The translations under genes and the position numbers were made by a program. DNA of 61,599 nt, the filler included, from Dirinaria sp. TL-2023a (Eukaryota), in assembly GCA_051941275.1 (NCBI GenBank). It is 10 parts of 10 records of this genome, joined end to end, with 100 filler letters (N's around TTAATTAATTAA, not from the genome) between each part and the next. Parts side by side here need not be neighbours in the genome. Positions count along the whole stretch, not along the records: positions 24,769 to 30,851 come from JAVEBF010001543.1; positions 30,952 to 37,024 come from JAVEBF010001544.1; positions 37,125 to 43,192 come from JAVEBF010001545.1; 7 more parts are not named here. The stretch is one strand, 5' to 3'. The notes under the pieces are model-generated. The model saw nothing but the letters and a program-made list of their open reading frames with translations. It was not told the origin of the DNA and ran no database searches. This document shows, piece by piece, positions 25,514 to 38,201 of the stretch. The stretch's first letter is position 1, and every line of letters starts with the position of its first letter.

Positions 25514-26895
25514 TCATCCATCGGTCTTAAACCAGTCGTCGTCAAAGTCCACCATCGCGCCATCCCCCATCTCCCCGTTTCCAGCCCAGTCTCCGTTCCC
25601 AAAGAGATCATCAAAGTTGCTCTCCATCGGCATCTCTTCCAACACCTGTGTCGCCGTCATATCATCAGTGGCCGCCGCCGCATTCTTCCCGTCAGCTTCA
25701 GCAGCCGTGGTCCCACTCGGCATCGCGGCGTCTTGCGCCACCGTACCGACCGGCAAATCAATCATCGAGAAGTCGCCATTGTCGTTGACATAGTTCTCCA
25801 ATCCCGGGAGAAGGGTGTTGATATCCTCAGCCCCAGTGGCAGAGGCGTTGAGGTCGGTGTTTTCGTTGTTCGAAGGAGCGCCGAGATCCTCGAAAAGAGA
25901 GTCGTTAAGTAGGTCTTGCCCGTTAGAAAGGTCCAGATCGAAGTCGAGGCCGTTGCCATTGTCGGGCTGGTCGAGGTCGAACATGGATTCGAAGGGCGCG
26001 GCTTCGGCGTTGGTGGATGGCTCTTCGAAGAGAGGCTTCTCTTCGTTGGCAGAGGTCGGGATTCCGTCGGGTTGTGGCTTGTTGGGAGAGCGGGATTGAG
26101 GAGCTGATTCTTCTGGCTTCCTGTCTTGCGTTTTACTGGCGCTTGTGATGGTGGGCTTCTCAGTCTGTGTGAGATCATTATGAAGAGCCGGCACGCCATC
26201 CACCTTGAGATTGTTCTGCGTTGGACCTCCTAAGCCCGTTCCGGGTGGCTCGAGCTTGCCGAGCTGTGTCGCATCGGTCGCCTCGTTGCCATTGACCATC
26301 ATTTGGTCCCCGGTCTGAACATGTACATCCGTCACCGCCTCCGATGATTTCGCACCTTCAACACTACTCTTGGCGCCAGTAGTCGCGGGTGATTTCTTTG
26401 TCTCGGCGCTCGGACTTCGGTTCTTGACAATACCGGCAGGCCTCGTCAGGATACCTGCAGCTTTCTCTCGCTCTGCCCGTTTTGCTCGGGCCTTGCGTAT
26501 GTCTCGCTCAAAGACAGCTTTCGCGCGGGTCTGGATGACAGTTAGCTTCTGGCCTTGCGCCAGTGGATTGCTTGTGAGGGAGTTTGCATCGTCGCAATGT
26601 ACGTTGCCAATCAGGTGATGGGCGCAATCAACGTACAATTTCCATTTCTATCTCATCGAGTGCCTCATGAAACCTATTGTTGGCGGACTCTCCGACTTGT
26701 TTGAGGAGGTTGCGCGCTGCAACATGATCTTTCGGTTCGCGGGAAGCTGCGTCTCGAAAGAACTTGCCGGTCTGAACGAGCTGTGAGGACATTAGTATGA
26801 GGACGGGAAGTAATTGTGCGCTGATGGTTTACCATAAGGTTGAGCATTGCAGGGAGAACCTCTAGAGGATGCTGAGGCTTCTCCAACTCGGCCAT
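25514..26895 (-). CDS. Hypothetical protein, possibly Mediator tail subunit Med2/Med29-like, 3 exons
   Basis: Spliced helical N-terminus MAELEKPQHPLEVLPAMLNLM/LVQTGKFFRD..NRFHEALDEIEMEI/..AKAVFERD, then a long disordered region and an acidic-hydrophobic tail (FESMFD, INTLLPGLENYVN, NFDDLFG, DFDDDWFK). The gene is well supported; the Mediator identity is inference. Confidence 0.7.
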
Positions 26896-27583
26896 GTCGT
26901 CTTCGATCCGAGGTCAGTGATTGTTAGAAGATTGGATGCTACGTTTGGTTTATAGATAGAGTCCTCGGCTTGGTTGATAAGTAAAGGGAAAATTGTAAGA
27001 TAGGTGAAAGAAATTATAAAAGTCGGCACTTGATCCAAGATGTCTGACAATAGGAAATGTGAAGCAGTCTATGGCCCCTTAGGTCATGTAGGTAAGCTAA
27101 GCTTCATCCAGCCTGTCAGAGACCGCCGAGACCGCCTCGGACCAGCAGTTTATGCCAAGACGCTATTGAACCGAGCCGTTCTTCGGCAACACAGAAAAGG
27201 TATAGCGGCGATCATTTCACACAAGTTCACCAATTCCCAGTACAAAGAGCAGGAGGGTATGATCATGATCATGCCAAGGATCGGCCACAACAGGGTGTGA
27301 GGAATAGGATTGAATGACAATGTGACTATAGTGTATTCCAAAGACAGCACAATAGTTAGCATCACACCTTGCATGACACAGCTCTGCTATATAATGTATC
27401 TTCAGTAGGATTAATAAAGTAAATCAAGTGTGAATATTCCAGCTGCCCTGCAGATACCTTACCTTACCTTACTCTCATCGTGTTAGCCGCTTCTTAGCCG
27501 CCTTGGCACAGCTGCCGCCTCGAAAAAAATAAAGCATCTTCTCACCTCTCGTATTTAACACCCCCCCGGTCTCTTCCCCCACA

Positions 27584-27589
<6 letters not shown>

Positions 27590-27616
<27 letters not shown>
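27590..27616. repeat. (GA)n microsatellite in the PUB1 upstream region
   Basis: About 13 GA units read directly. Confidence 0.85.
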
Positions 27617-28075
27617 TACCAAAACCTCCCCATCTCCATCATACTATCCCTCCCAGGGCGTCTCGCGATATCGAGTCGTTCCTTTCCCTCTCCTTCTCCT
27701 TCGTCTTTCTTCTTTCCTTTGGGTTGTTGTCTTCTCGCTGCTCTTCCCTCCCTTCAAAAGCTCCTTGGTATATGCTCCGCGCTGCTTGAAACTCTTGCTT
27801 CTCTTCGCTTACCAGCTATTCCTCCTAATAGCTTCGTTCAGTCGTCAGAAACCGCTATTCCATAGCTCTTGCGACGTCTCATACCCAGTCTCCGCCGTCG
27901 GGGGAGCGTCTTCGGCGTTGCTGCTTTTGCTCTGCAGTTGCCCATCTCTTCGGGCCAAGCTTTCCAACATCTACCTCATTCGGTAGCTTTAGCTCTTTAG
28001 CTCAGGCTTCGTTCGCCTTCCTTGTATTCAAACATCTCCTCCAGCTCGAGCAGGATTCTGGCAACGGGGCAGGCC

Positions 28076-30207
28076 ATGGCCGACAACGAGCCTTCGACCA
28101 CCATGTCCTTTGGGCCGCCGCCATCCTTCGCCGGCGCCCCTGGACAGCAGCAGTCGGACAGCAGTACCAGCAACGGGCAGGCCAACCCGTCCCACATGCC
28201 TCCTCCTCCGCTGCCACCGGTGGTCATCCCGCAAAACACCAATCCCATCCCGACCGCCATCACCTCCCCCAGCGGGGGTGATTCGGTGTCAGCGATGACT
28301 CCTTCAAGTACAAGCGCTGTCCGTCGCGCAGCACCGGAACCAAATAAGAGAGCATTGTACGTGGGTGGACTAGATCCCAGGGTCACAGAGGATGTTCTCC
28401 GCCAGATATTCGAAACCACAGGACATGTACAGAATGTGAAAATAATCCCTGACAAGAACATGGGTGCGGTAAGTGAGATCTGTACTCCCTTTTCAAGTCC
28501 TGCACCTTGCAGATGCCTAGCCTGTCTTTCCGCCTTTTGAAAACTCTAGCTTGGAAGCGCTGGGCCTGTCAGGAGTTATATATGAGCAGCAAAGCTCTCA
28601 TGCCAGATCTTTGGTTCGGAAGTGCTGGGCCTGCCAGGTTGTGTGATCAGCAAAGCCCTCATGTCAGATCTTTGGCTCAGAAGTGCTAGGCCTGTCAGGT
28701 TATATAACCAGCAAAGCATTCATGTCAGATGGTGTGATTAGCGACGTGCTAGGCTCATTAGAAATCATCGTGATACGGGACGCACTAGAGCAGAGTTGGG
28801 AGTCTCGGCGACCACAAATAGTTGTCTTTGTACCTTCGCTTTTCTTTTTTCCCCAAACAATCACATCATCTCACCTCTGCACCCTTTCGCAACTCGCTCT
28901 GCAACTTGTCTCGTGCTGATCTTGCTTTCAAATACAGAGCAAAGGTTTTAATTACGGTTTCGTTGAATACGACGACCCAGGAGCTGCAGAGCGCGCCATG
29001 TCTACCCTCAATGGTCGTCGAGTGCATCAAGCTGTGAGCAGAGTTCTCCAGTCCTTGAGAACTGTGAGAAGCTTACACTCACAGGAAATCCGTGTCAATT
29101 GGGCCTATCAGTCCAACAATGCTAACAAAGAAGATACTTCGAACCATTTCCATATCTTCGTTGGTGATCTTAGCAACGAAGTCAACGATGAGGTCCTTCT
29201 TCAAGCTTTCTCCGCTTTCGGTTCTGTTTCCGAAGCGCGTGTGATGTGGGACATGAAGACTGGCCGCTCTCGTGGCTACGGATTCGTCGCCTTCCGCGAG
29301 CGCGGCGACGCTGAGAAGGCGCTCAGCTCCATGGACGGGGAATGGCTTGGATCTCGCGCCATTCGTTGCAACTGGGCCAATCAAAAGGGTCAACCATCCA
29401 TCTCCCAGCAGCAAGCCATGTCCGCCATGGGAATGACGCCGACCACGCCTATGGGCCACCATCACTTCCCGACTCACGGAGCTGGTAGTTACGACATGGT
29501 TGTCCAGCAAACTCCGCAGTGGCAAACCACCTGCTATGTGGGCAACCTGACTCCATATACTACTCAGAGCGATCTCGTCCCGCTCTTTTCGAACTTCGGC
29601 TACGTCACCGAGACCCGCTTCCAGTCCGACCGCGGGTTTGCCTTTGTCAAGATGGACACCCATGAGAATGCCGCCATGGCGATTTGCCAACTGAGTGGGT
29701 TCCACATCAACGGCCGTCCACTCAAGTGCAGCGTAAGTGATGCGTGATATTGGCCTTACGTCATGTGACTTGGCTAACCTGGGCTAGTGGGGCAAAGACC
29801 GTCCTCCGACTGGCCAGTTCGATCAGTATTCCCCTCACCAGCCACAGACTCCCAGCTATGGTCAGCAGCCGTATAGCTTTCCTCAATACGGTGGACCGAT
29901 GACGCCCCAGGGTGGTCCTCAGTCGGCTGCCTCGGCTCATCCGATGTCTGGTTACCCCTCGTCCCACCAGTCTCCCATGAGTGGAACAAGCCCTGGTCGC
30001 TACGGAGGTCAGGCCCAAGGCGGATTCGGAGGTGCTGGCATGCCTCCTCCAAACTACCAGATGTCCGGCGGGAGCGGGATGCCTAGCAGTGCCGGTGGAT
30101 ACGGTCGCGACCAGAGCTCTGCTGGCGGATATGGCGGACCCCATAGTGCCGGTGGCTATGCTTCCTCCAACATGTCTAGTGGAGGCTACGGAGGATACCA
30201 ATCTTAG
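28076..30207 (+). CDS. PUB1: Polyadenylated RNA-binding protein Pub1 / TIA-1 family, three RRMs, 4 exons
   Basis: RRM1 RAAPEPNKRALYVGGLD..NYGFVEY; RRM2 HFHIFVGDLSNEVND..SRGYGFVAF..DGEWLGSRAIRCNWANQK; RRM3 TTCYVGNL..RGFAFVKM; G/Y/S/Q-rich C-terminus. Intron 1 spans 28469-28937. Confidence 0.95.
28554..28730. repeat. Intronic minisatellite, 61-65 bp unit, about 2.8 copies
   Basis: Units start at 28554, 28619 and 28680: GAAGYGCTRGGCCTGYCAGG..CAGCAAAGC..TCATGYCAGAT(CTTTGG). Confidence 0.85.
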
Positions 30208-30851
30208 TGCCTTAGCCTCTCGTGCCGTCTCATGGTGCCAGCTTGGCAACGGATACTTTTTCTGGCCCGGTATCGGTAACGGTTGTTTCCTCGGCAAGGC
30301 CTGCGGTTCGGCATCACAGCAGCATACCCCGATGTGTATTTGCTTTCACTTTCGATTCTTGTCCCGATTGCTTTGAGGTGGTACTACTGTACGTGATGTT
30401 CCTGTACATGTCTAATGTCTCGAATATCAGTCTTGTAAGACTACCGAGAAGCGGTCGTGGTTTTTAAACCTTGTCTTCTTTCTTTTTTTTTTAACACCAT
30501 GTTGACCATGCGCCATGTTAATTGCCATTATCCAAAACTCGCCGGATCAAAAATGGAGAGGGACGGGTGTGAGGAAATGGAAGTCAAACCCTTGTGTTCT
30601 GAAAGCAAAGCAACAGGATGTTAATCGTGTCTTGTGCCAAGCGGAGAACAGTGTAGTCTAGTTGTTCGAACCCAAAAAATCGAAAGTCTTTGCTCAACTT
30701 CCTACTGTAGCTCCATCCCAGTTCCTGGTCCCAAATGCAAAGACTCAGAAACATGAGAAAAACCACCCGTAATATATACACACCTGACGAATACCTACCT
30801 ACCTAAACCACCCATGATTGCAAACCCTTCCCTCTCCCCCTCACTCCCATC

Positions 30852-30951
30852 NNNNNNNNNNNNNNNNNNNNNNNNNNNNNNNNNNNNNNNNNNNNTTAAT
30901 TAATTAANNNNNNNNNNNNNNNNNNNNNNNNNNNNNNNNNNNNNNNNNNNN
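30852..30951. other. Artificial contig spacer
   Basis: N44-TTAATTAATTAA-N44. Confidence 0.98.
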
Positions 30952-31846
30952 AGGGCGGGACGAAAGTATTGCCGAAGGAATAGGTGGTTCGAACTGAGCA
31001 CTTGACTGCAAAGTACATGTACTTTATTCTTACTGTATTCTTAAGCTCGGTGGTGCCGTCTTCGTCTTACCTTTCCAGGGGAACCAGTCTCTCGGGTCGG
31101 GCCTCTCCCGCGATGCAAGTATGCAACTCGCGGGTACGCCGGGAGGTTGAAAAAAGGCTCAATGGCTGCAAACTGCAAAGGCATTAGGTTAACGCGCCAA
31201 GCCTCGTCCCAAAATGGTCCGGCCCCATCTGCCGCTCGCGCATTATCAGATATCTTGGCGCGCTCTTAGCGCTCTCTTGGCGCTGCCGCCCGAGCCAAAT
31301 AGTCTAGAGATTTCTATCGAGCCCGACCTCCAATACCCACTTTTATTCTCCCACTCGCATCCAAGACTGTCCATGACCAAGAGCGGACTCAGCACAGTCC
31401 ACCTGCACTCGGCGATCTGTACTGCTATCCCAGCTATCTTGCGTCGGCCAACCTCAGGGGCTCGCATCGGATATGTCAAAGTAGCGTAGACAGCGAGACG
31501 AAAAGTGGGTATCAGTCTTCCCTTGACCCGTCTCTGCTCACTCTTTGCTCTATCTTTCCCCGCTCAATCTTTGTTTTTGTCCCTTCTTGGCAGGTGTTCA
31601 TGAATCATGTGGCTGGACTGTGGTGTCTGTGTCGGCAGTACCGCGCTAGAGACCAGAAATCGTTGCCACCACTTCTAATTCAAATTCTGGTCACGATCAA
31701 AGGTGCATCCCGCGCCGTCATCGGACCTTGAGGATTGAAAAGAGTCTTGGCTGTCAGAGTGAAATGGCACGCCGTCCCTTCGAGACTTCCTCGATCATCT
31801 CTGAACCGACCTCTGGGACAACTTGCTACCTGCCATTGCTGACAAT

Positions 31847-32866
31847 ATGCCTCTAGACAACATGATTGTGGATAAAGAAATCTCGAAGGAGATGCGTATA
31901 TCTCACGATACTACTGCCCGGCCATCAGCAGCGGACGATGTAGAGCGAGGCCAAACCCCGCCTGGACTGGAGCAGGGCGCCCAGCAGATATCTTTGCCAT
32001 CGAAGTGTGCCAAATGTGGACAGCCGATGTCAGAAGCTCGTCCTCAAGGCCATGGGAAGCAAATGAAGAGTTATCTCGATGCTGAAGTCACTACAGACCA
32101 CACTGATGCACTGATGCTGATGTGCTGTGTGATTTCGGGCTTTGTTGACAGCACCATCTACCATGGTAAGTAGCAAGGTTCATTCACCAAGTGCTCAACC
32201 ATACACTGTTTCATTTTCTAATCCACTTCGAATTGTGAAGCCTACGGCACCTTTGTGTCAATGCAGACGGGTAATACGATTTTCATCGGCCTCGGTGGCT
32301 CCACCGGCCATTCGACCAACAAACCTTATGGCTGGGCAAAGTCACTCGTTTCGGTCGGTTGCTTCGTACTCGGATCTTTCTTCTTTTCGCGGTTCCACCG
32401 CATTTTCGCCCCTCTCCGTCGACGCACGCTCATTACATCGTTCTTTATCCAAACCATGATCATTCTCCTTACAGCAGCGCTCATCCAAACCGACGTGGTA
32501 AATGGTACACTCTCAACTATTTCCTCTGACATCGACTGGCAGCAAGCCATTCCTATCGCCCTCCTGAGCTTTCAGTCCGCCGGTCAGATCGTTGCTAGCC
32601 GTGCGCTGAGCCTGAGCGAGATTCCATCTGTGGTAATCACCAGTGTTCTGTGTGATCTGGCCAGCGACCCTCAGCTATTCGTAGGAATACCGAGGAACGC
32701 AAAGAGGAACAGGAGAATCCTGGCGTTCTTTTCAATCTTGGTAGGCGCTGTGGCCGGTGGGTGGCTTACGACGGAAACTGGTTCAATCCAGTGGTCCTTG
32801 TGGCTCTCAGGGGGGTTGAAGTTCATGATTACAGCAGCTTGGTCAATGTGGCCCCAAAAAGTTTAG
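31847..32866 (+). CDS. DUF1275 (YoaK-like) multi-pass membrane protein, 2 exons
   Basis: CCVISGFVDSTIYH/AYGTFVSMQTGNTIFIGLG, LLSFQSAGQIVASRAL..EIPSVVITSVLCDL, RNRR..GAVAGG; multiple TM segments. Confidence 0.88.
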
Positions 32867-35800
32867 AATTGGCATTTTGAGGAGGAGTTACTGCGTTTGG
32901 AAAGATATAAGGGTTGGAAGGATGAAGTATCCCTATGGTCCTCGCTTCAACGAACGGTGGATCTATGAAGCTTGCCTATAAACCAGGTATGCACACGACA
33001 GCATGACATCTTGGTTCTAGAATAGAAATATAACGTATGAGAAGTATCTCTTCAGACTTTGCACAGACAGCTCTCTGAGCCTTTGCAACCGAAAAGACAT
33101 GCCCACCGTCTGACTATTTCCAATGACCTACCTTGAACTCTGCAGTCTTTCGAAATGATGGTTATTGGTGGAGACGACCAACCAAATGGAACCTCAGGAG
33201 TCCTTCTGGGAACATGAAGGTCAAGCCACACTGGGCTTCCAAATCACTCAACCCTTGGCGCTCTCGGCGCTCAACCCTAAAAACAACCTTAGGTTCGGTT
33301 GCATTGGAAAGCAGCTAAACTACCTAAGGCTTGGCGGTCGAGCCGAGGCCGCTAAGGTACCTTTATCTCATCTCTACCAGGCAATCGCTGCTAAAGTCTG
33401 ACGTGGGATGTTACTTGCTTGATAGATCACTCGCATTAGCGAGGCAGTTGAGCAATAGGGTATGAATCAATACTGTTGTTTTGATCACCGTTTCAAATGC
33501 CTCAAACCTAAGGTAGCGCTTACACCTAACATCTTGGCTGGGTCACCGCTTTACGCCTTGTACGTACTCGTACCTACCTAGCACCTACACTATCGGCAAA
33601 ACTCCTATGATGATCTGAACATATGCGTCGGACAACGGTGCTGCGATTCATGACAATAGAGTGCCGGTCCGGCGGATACGCCATTTACTCTGTGGATCGG
33701 TTCGGGCACGTTCCTTATCATTGCCTGGGCTTGCAGCTTGCTCCGGTACGGCACGACATCGGATCCATGCACAATCCACCTCGCGATGCTCAATAATGCA
33801 CTCATTATGATCAGCCACATCATCACCGTTCCATACTTGGACTATCGGTCACTGGATCGAAAACAGATCGCTGTACTCATGGCCGCTTGCCTTCCTGTCC
33901 CGATGTGTGGCGGAATATACAGTAAGGAACCTCGTTGCTTGAGAAGCTTCCTACAGCTAGTCGTGTACTCCTTTCCTCATTCTCCTAAGAAAGTCGTTAT
34001 TAATTCCCCCAATCCTTCTTATTTCGATCTGGGAAAAAGGAGGGTATCAGGACGTAATGCCATAATGGCGCTAGATCCTTCTTTGGCAACGATGTCAATA
34101 CCGCTTTTCTTACTAATGTCAAGTTCCTCGTTGCGCATTCTAAGCGTTTGAGGTTACTCAAGAGGACTTTCAAGTCGCCCAAAAGCTGCCATGCGAGTCG
34201 CTTAACTAGACATGGTTGAGACGGCGGGTTGAGGTTCGTTAAGGGTCCCACCAAGTTGGTTGTAGTGTTCAGGAATCGCATACACGCAACCAACATCTTG
34301 CCTCCCGAAAATTCGATGTGAACAACGGAGATGTCTCCGGCTCTTATTTGCATACACCAATCGATCGATATCGATCTCATTGTCTCCATGAAGCGATAAA
34401 TGAACCATGCAGTCAATTTACAATACTTATTACATTGATCAAGATATCAGGCGCAAACAGAAAAATCTACGCGAGCTTTTCTGGGCCTTATTGCTCGGAG
34501 ATCACCGTTCATTCTCTCACACCCGGCGTATATTGACATCATGGATGGCCAATTGCCCAATGCCGAGAATTGCGCAACTTATGAAATGCTTCTCAAGCCA
34601 TATGAACGCTGGTAGGTAAAATGTATGGACCTAGTTCGGTGTTATTAAAATTAGTCGAAAAGTGAACTGTGGACGCTGTGGGCTCAGCAAGGGTAGGCAC
34701 AATCCCTGAGGACACGCGGCCTGCGATAGTGCCTGAATGGTATTCGCAGACGGAGAGGATCCTAGAGACTAGCCATTGGCAAGTTGCTGACCTGGGCCAG
34801 ATCACACCTTGAACCTTTGGGTCGTTAAGGGTATTTCTTAACGACGATGAGTTGGGACATTCCATGTAAGCAGTAACGCAACAACCCGGAGCCTACTATC
34901 ATAGAGTGGAAGGCCACGCGATGCCCGGAGGATGGGAGCGGTTACACGCCAATTTGGTAACTATTGTAGATGAGAGTACGAATGCCGAGCCAAGCGCAGG
35001 AGGCGCTTGACTGCGAGATGGCGTCTGCTTTAGCACCCTTGCCGACCGATGTCGGAGAACTTGATACTGCGAGTGTCGAGGTTAGCATTGCCCCAAAGCA
35101 TACCGTAGCGGTAACGCTGCCTAGAGGCTTGGGTAGGACAGCACACTAGCAGGTTGTCGCACTGGAATTGGCCGTTCCAAGATGTACGAGCGCTGGCGTT
35201 CACCCTTTAGTCCGTAACCACATAACTAGATGCCTCTGGAGAGCCAAGCTTCCAGGGTAGAAGTCAGCAGACCATCCGCCTCCAAGATCGAAATATCCCG
35301 CAACAATTTGGTTCTTCCTGGTTTAGACATTGTGAATCGTTGTTAACACAAGCACCGGCTGTTGAAGATACGCTACTCGCTGATAATAAGTTCATCTGAC
35401 CCCTCGAGAGCTTACTATCCCGCTCCTCGCCCTCACGGGCCACGGCTCAGGCTCAATCTGCGCTCGAGAACGATGTGACTGACGCAATCCAATGAATTAC
35501 TCAGACACGGCTCATTTCACGACTTGTTCACAATAATAATAACATCTGCTCGTCAGATGATGGCTTATGTAATGCGGCTGGTAAGCCTACTTCCTACCAG
35601 TAATTACTTTATGTCTGCGTTCCTGGCCCGTCTGTCTCTAGTGCTAGCGTTTCGAAAGTCCCGGATCGAGATCTGGTCGGATCATTGACTCAACGCGCAG
35701 GCTCCCGCCGCATCGAAATCCTCTTTTCCCAACTCCCTCCTGGTCAGTCATCAACCACCACATTCTGAATCGCTGAAACCCGCCGGAAATGGGTCGCAAA

Positions 35801-35956
35801 GTATCCGCGACCCATATCCAGGTACTCTAAAAGCCTCATTGCATACGCCTGGCCCGCTTTTGCTTCCGGCGCAAACCTGGCCTTTGGGCCTTGCACATCC
35901 GCATACCTAGTAAGGCAGAACCACACGTCTCGCTCCCCTTTCCAACATCGCGCATC

Positions 35957-36793
35957 ATGCTCCTACCATCAGCATTCCCTTACGAAGGACCTAATCCTCG
36001 ATCCGCGACCTTCTCACACCGTATGCGCACGCCCTCGGTCACCTCGCCACGAGCATCTTCCAGACACCACCAACACCAACGCGCCTCATCCACCATCTCC
36101 TCCGACATCTATAGCACCTGCCTCGCACTCCAAACTCGCATCACTACAAACACCCCACAATCGCCATTGCCGCAGAACCTCCCCGCCGCGCCTGCACCCT
36201 TATTGCAGCCGAGTCCGACATTTAGAATAAACCCAAGCGGCGCAAAGCCATCTTCCACGGCGAAACGATACACATCCAAACCCTCTCTTCCTCAACAATC
36301 CCAAACTCAACACCTTGCACCGCTCAGCAGCACACGGAAGCGGCGCCGATCATCCATCAGCGACGACCACCGAGAAACCTGCGATCGCGATGATGATGGC
36401 GGAGAAAAGAAGCCTCGATGCAGTGCGCCATCGACCCCAAAGCGGCCGCGCCTCGCGCCGCCATCCCTGCCCCTCGGTCTCTCGCGCGCCGACTTCGATT
36501 CTCCTCCTCTCCGAACAGCTCCTCCTCCGAAATCCGCATCTGTCCCCTCCTCGCTGGCACTAGATCTGTTTTCATCACCACGGCCATCGTCATCATCGAC
36601 GCCAACAATAGCGGAAGGAAAGAAAACGGAAATGATCCCGCGATCCAGAATCCTCACACCTGCCACTTACTCGTCGTCCCTCGTCGCTCTGCTTCTGAAA
36701 CAGCTGTCGCTGAGAGAGCATCCGTGGCCGAGGTTGCGGGAAAATAGGATGCAGATGCTAGGTGAGCGAACGATGGCGGGTTTCAGCGGTTAG
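35957..36793 (+). CDS. Ser/Pro/Arg-rich hypothetical protein with NLS-like motifs
   Basis: Long open frame from ATG 35957 containing RKRRRS, STPKRPRLAPPSLPLGLSRADF and LVALLLKQLSL. Resembles uncharacterised Pezizomycotina proteins; no function assignable. Confidence 0.6.
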   Translation: MLLPSAFPYEGPNPRSATFSHRMRTPSVTSPRASSRHHQHQRASSTISSDIYSTCLALQTRITTNTPQSPLPQNLPAAPAPLLQPSPTFRINPSGAKPSSTAKRYTSKPSLPQQSQTQHLAPLSSTRKRRRSSISDDHRETCDRDDDGGEKKPRCSAPSTPKRPRLAPPSLPLGLSRADFDSPPLRTAPPPKSASVPSSLALDLFSSPRPSSSSTPTIAEGKKTEMIPRSRILTPATYSSSLVALLLKQLSLREHPWPRLRENRMQMLGERTMAGFSG

Positions 36794-37024
36794 GCGAGAG
36801 AAGGGGAGGGGTGGCTTTGGGAGAGACAGGTTGCCGGAGGAGATTTTTTGCTTTCCTCTCTCTTTTTTTTCTCCCCCCAAAGAAGAAAGGGCGGCTGTGA
36901 TTTGGTTTGAAGGCGGATTTACTATTAGAACTTTTTTTTTTTAAATGCGCAGCTTGCATTGCATTTGGCTGCGTTTAGCTGGCTTAACGGTAGCAGTCTA
37001 CTGTTCATTCCGTGCACCTTGTAC

Positions 37025-37124
37025 NNNNNNNNNNNNNNNNNNNNNNNNNNNNNNNNNNNNNNNNNNNNTTAATTAATTAANNNNNNNNNNNNNNNNNNNN
37101 NNNNNNNNNNNNNNNNNNNNNNNN
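37025..37124. other. Artificial contig spacer
   Basis: N44-TTAATTAATTAA-N44. Confidence 0.98.
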
Positions 37125-38201
37125 ATGATGGTTATGGTGGTTAATGATAACTCATGATAAACGGGAAGAGTGGGAAGTGTTTTTAATGAGTTTTTGATTA
37201 TTCTCCGAGATGGTCAAAAGAGGCTGATGCTGTATTGGTCGTTGATATTTCCGAAACCAGGAGGAGAGTACTTGGACTTGTAATGCATTGTCCTGTTGTG
37301 TCTCTTTCTTCGCTCTCCAACACATTTCTCCTTCTTGATGGTCATCCATTTCTCCCTCCTTTTGAGCTACCGTTATCAATCAAACACTTAAGTAGACTTG
37401 TGAGGAGGCAGAGACCAAGGCAAGTGTCGTGTGTTTGAGCCCACTTCCCGAAAAACTCGTGATAATGCACTCATGCCATTACATTGCCTCGAGTCAGAAG
37501 CCTTGAGAAAACAATAAATATCCGAATCCGTGTTTCTGTGTCTTCCATTCTGTCCGTCTTGATCATTCTGAAGTTCTGCAGGTCGTCGAAAAGTCCGTTC
37601 AATGTGGCTAACCTGCACGCAACTTGCCATAGTTTCAAACCTACTCATCGATACTACTTTCCGGCAACCCGCTTCCAAACGCTCGTCGTAAGATTCACAG
37701 GTCACTGAAGAGCTCAAGAGGAACGACATTCAATGCTGTCGATGTTCTGTGTTACTGAACAAACGCAGCTCATTCTGGTTAGTAACTTATAGTTAGTTGC
37801 CCTTAATTTCAATGCCTTCAAGGCACATTAAGGCGCTGACTCATCCAATCGGTCTAGGATGAATGTCCCCAGATGGTCATTTCAACGGGTTTGATCGCCC
37901 AAGGCATAGATTCGTCATCTTTTTAGGTAAGTAACCCACCAAACCGCAGACTCTCCACTCCTAGATGATGCTCCAGATAAGCACAATTCAATTCAGCGCA
38001 GACAATAAAGCCTCCAGCTCAATTTGTGCTCGGACGATGTGGATTTTTCGCTGTACTTCTTAGCGAAATTTACTATTAGATCATGTGCGCTCCGTGCCAG
38101 ACCTCATATGCCAGTACTTCAAAGCTTTCACTCGTGATGGAACACGCCAGAGTAAAGGTTCACTAGCAACGTCTACAGAACGATAGCTGAACCTGAAAAC
38201 C

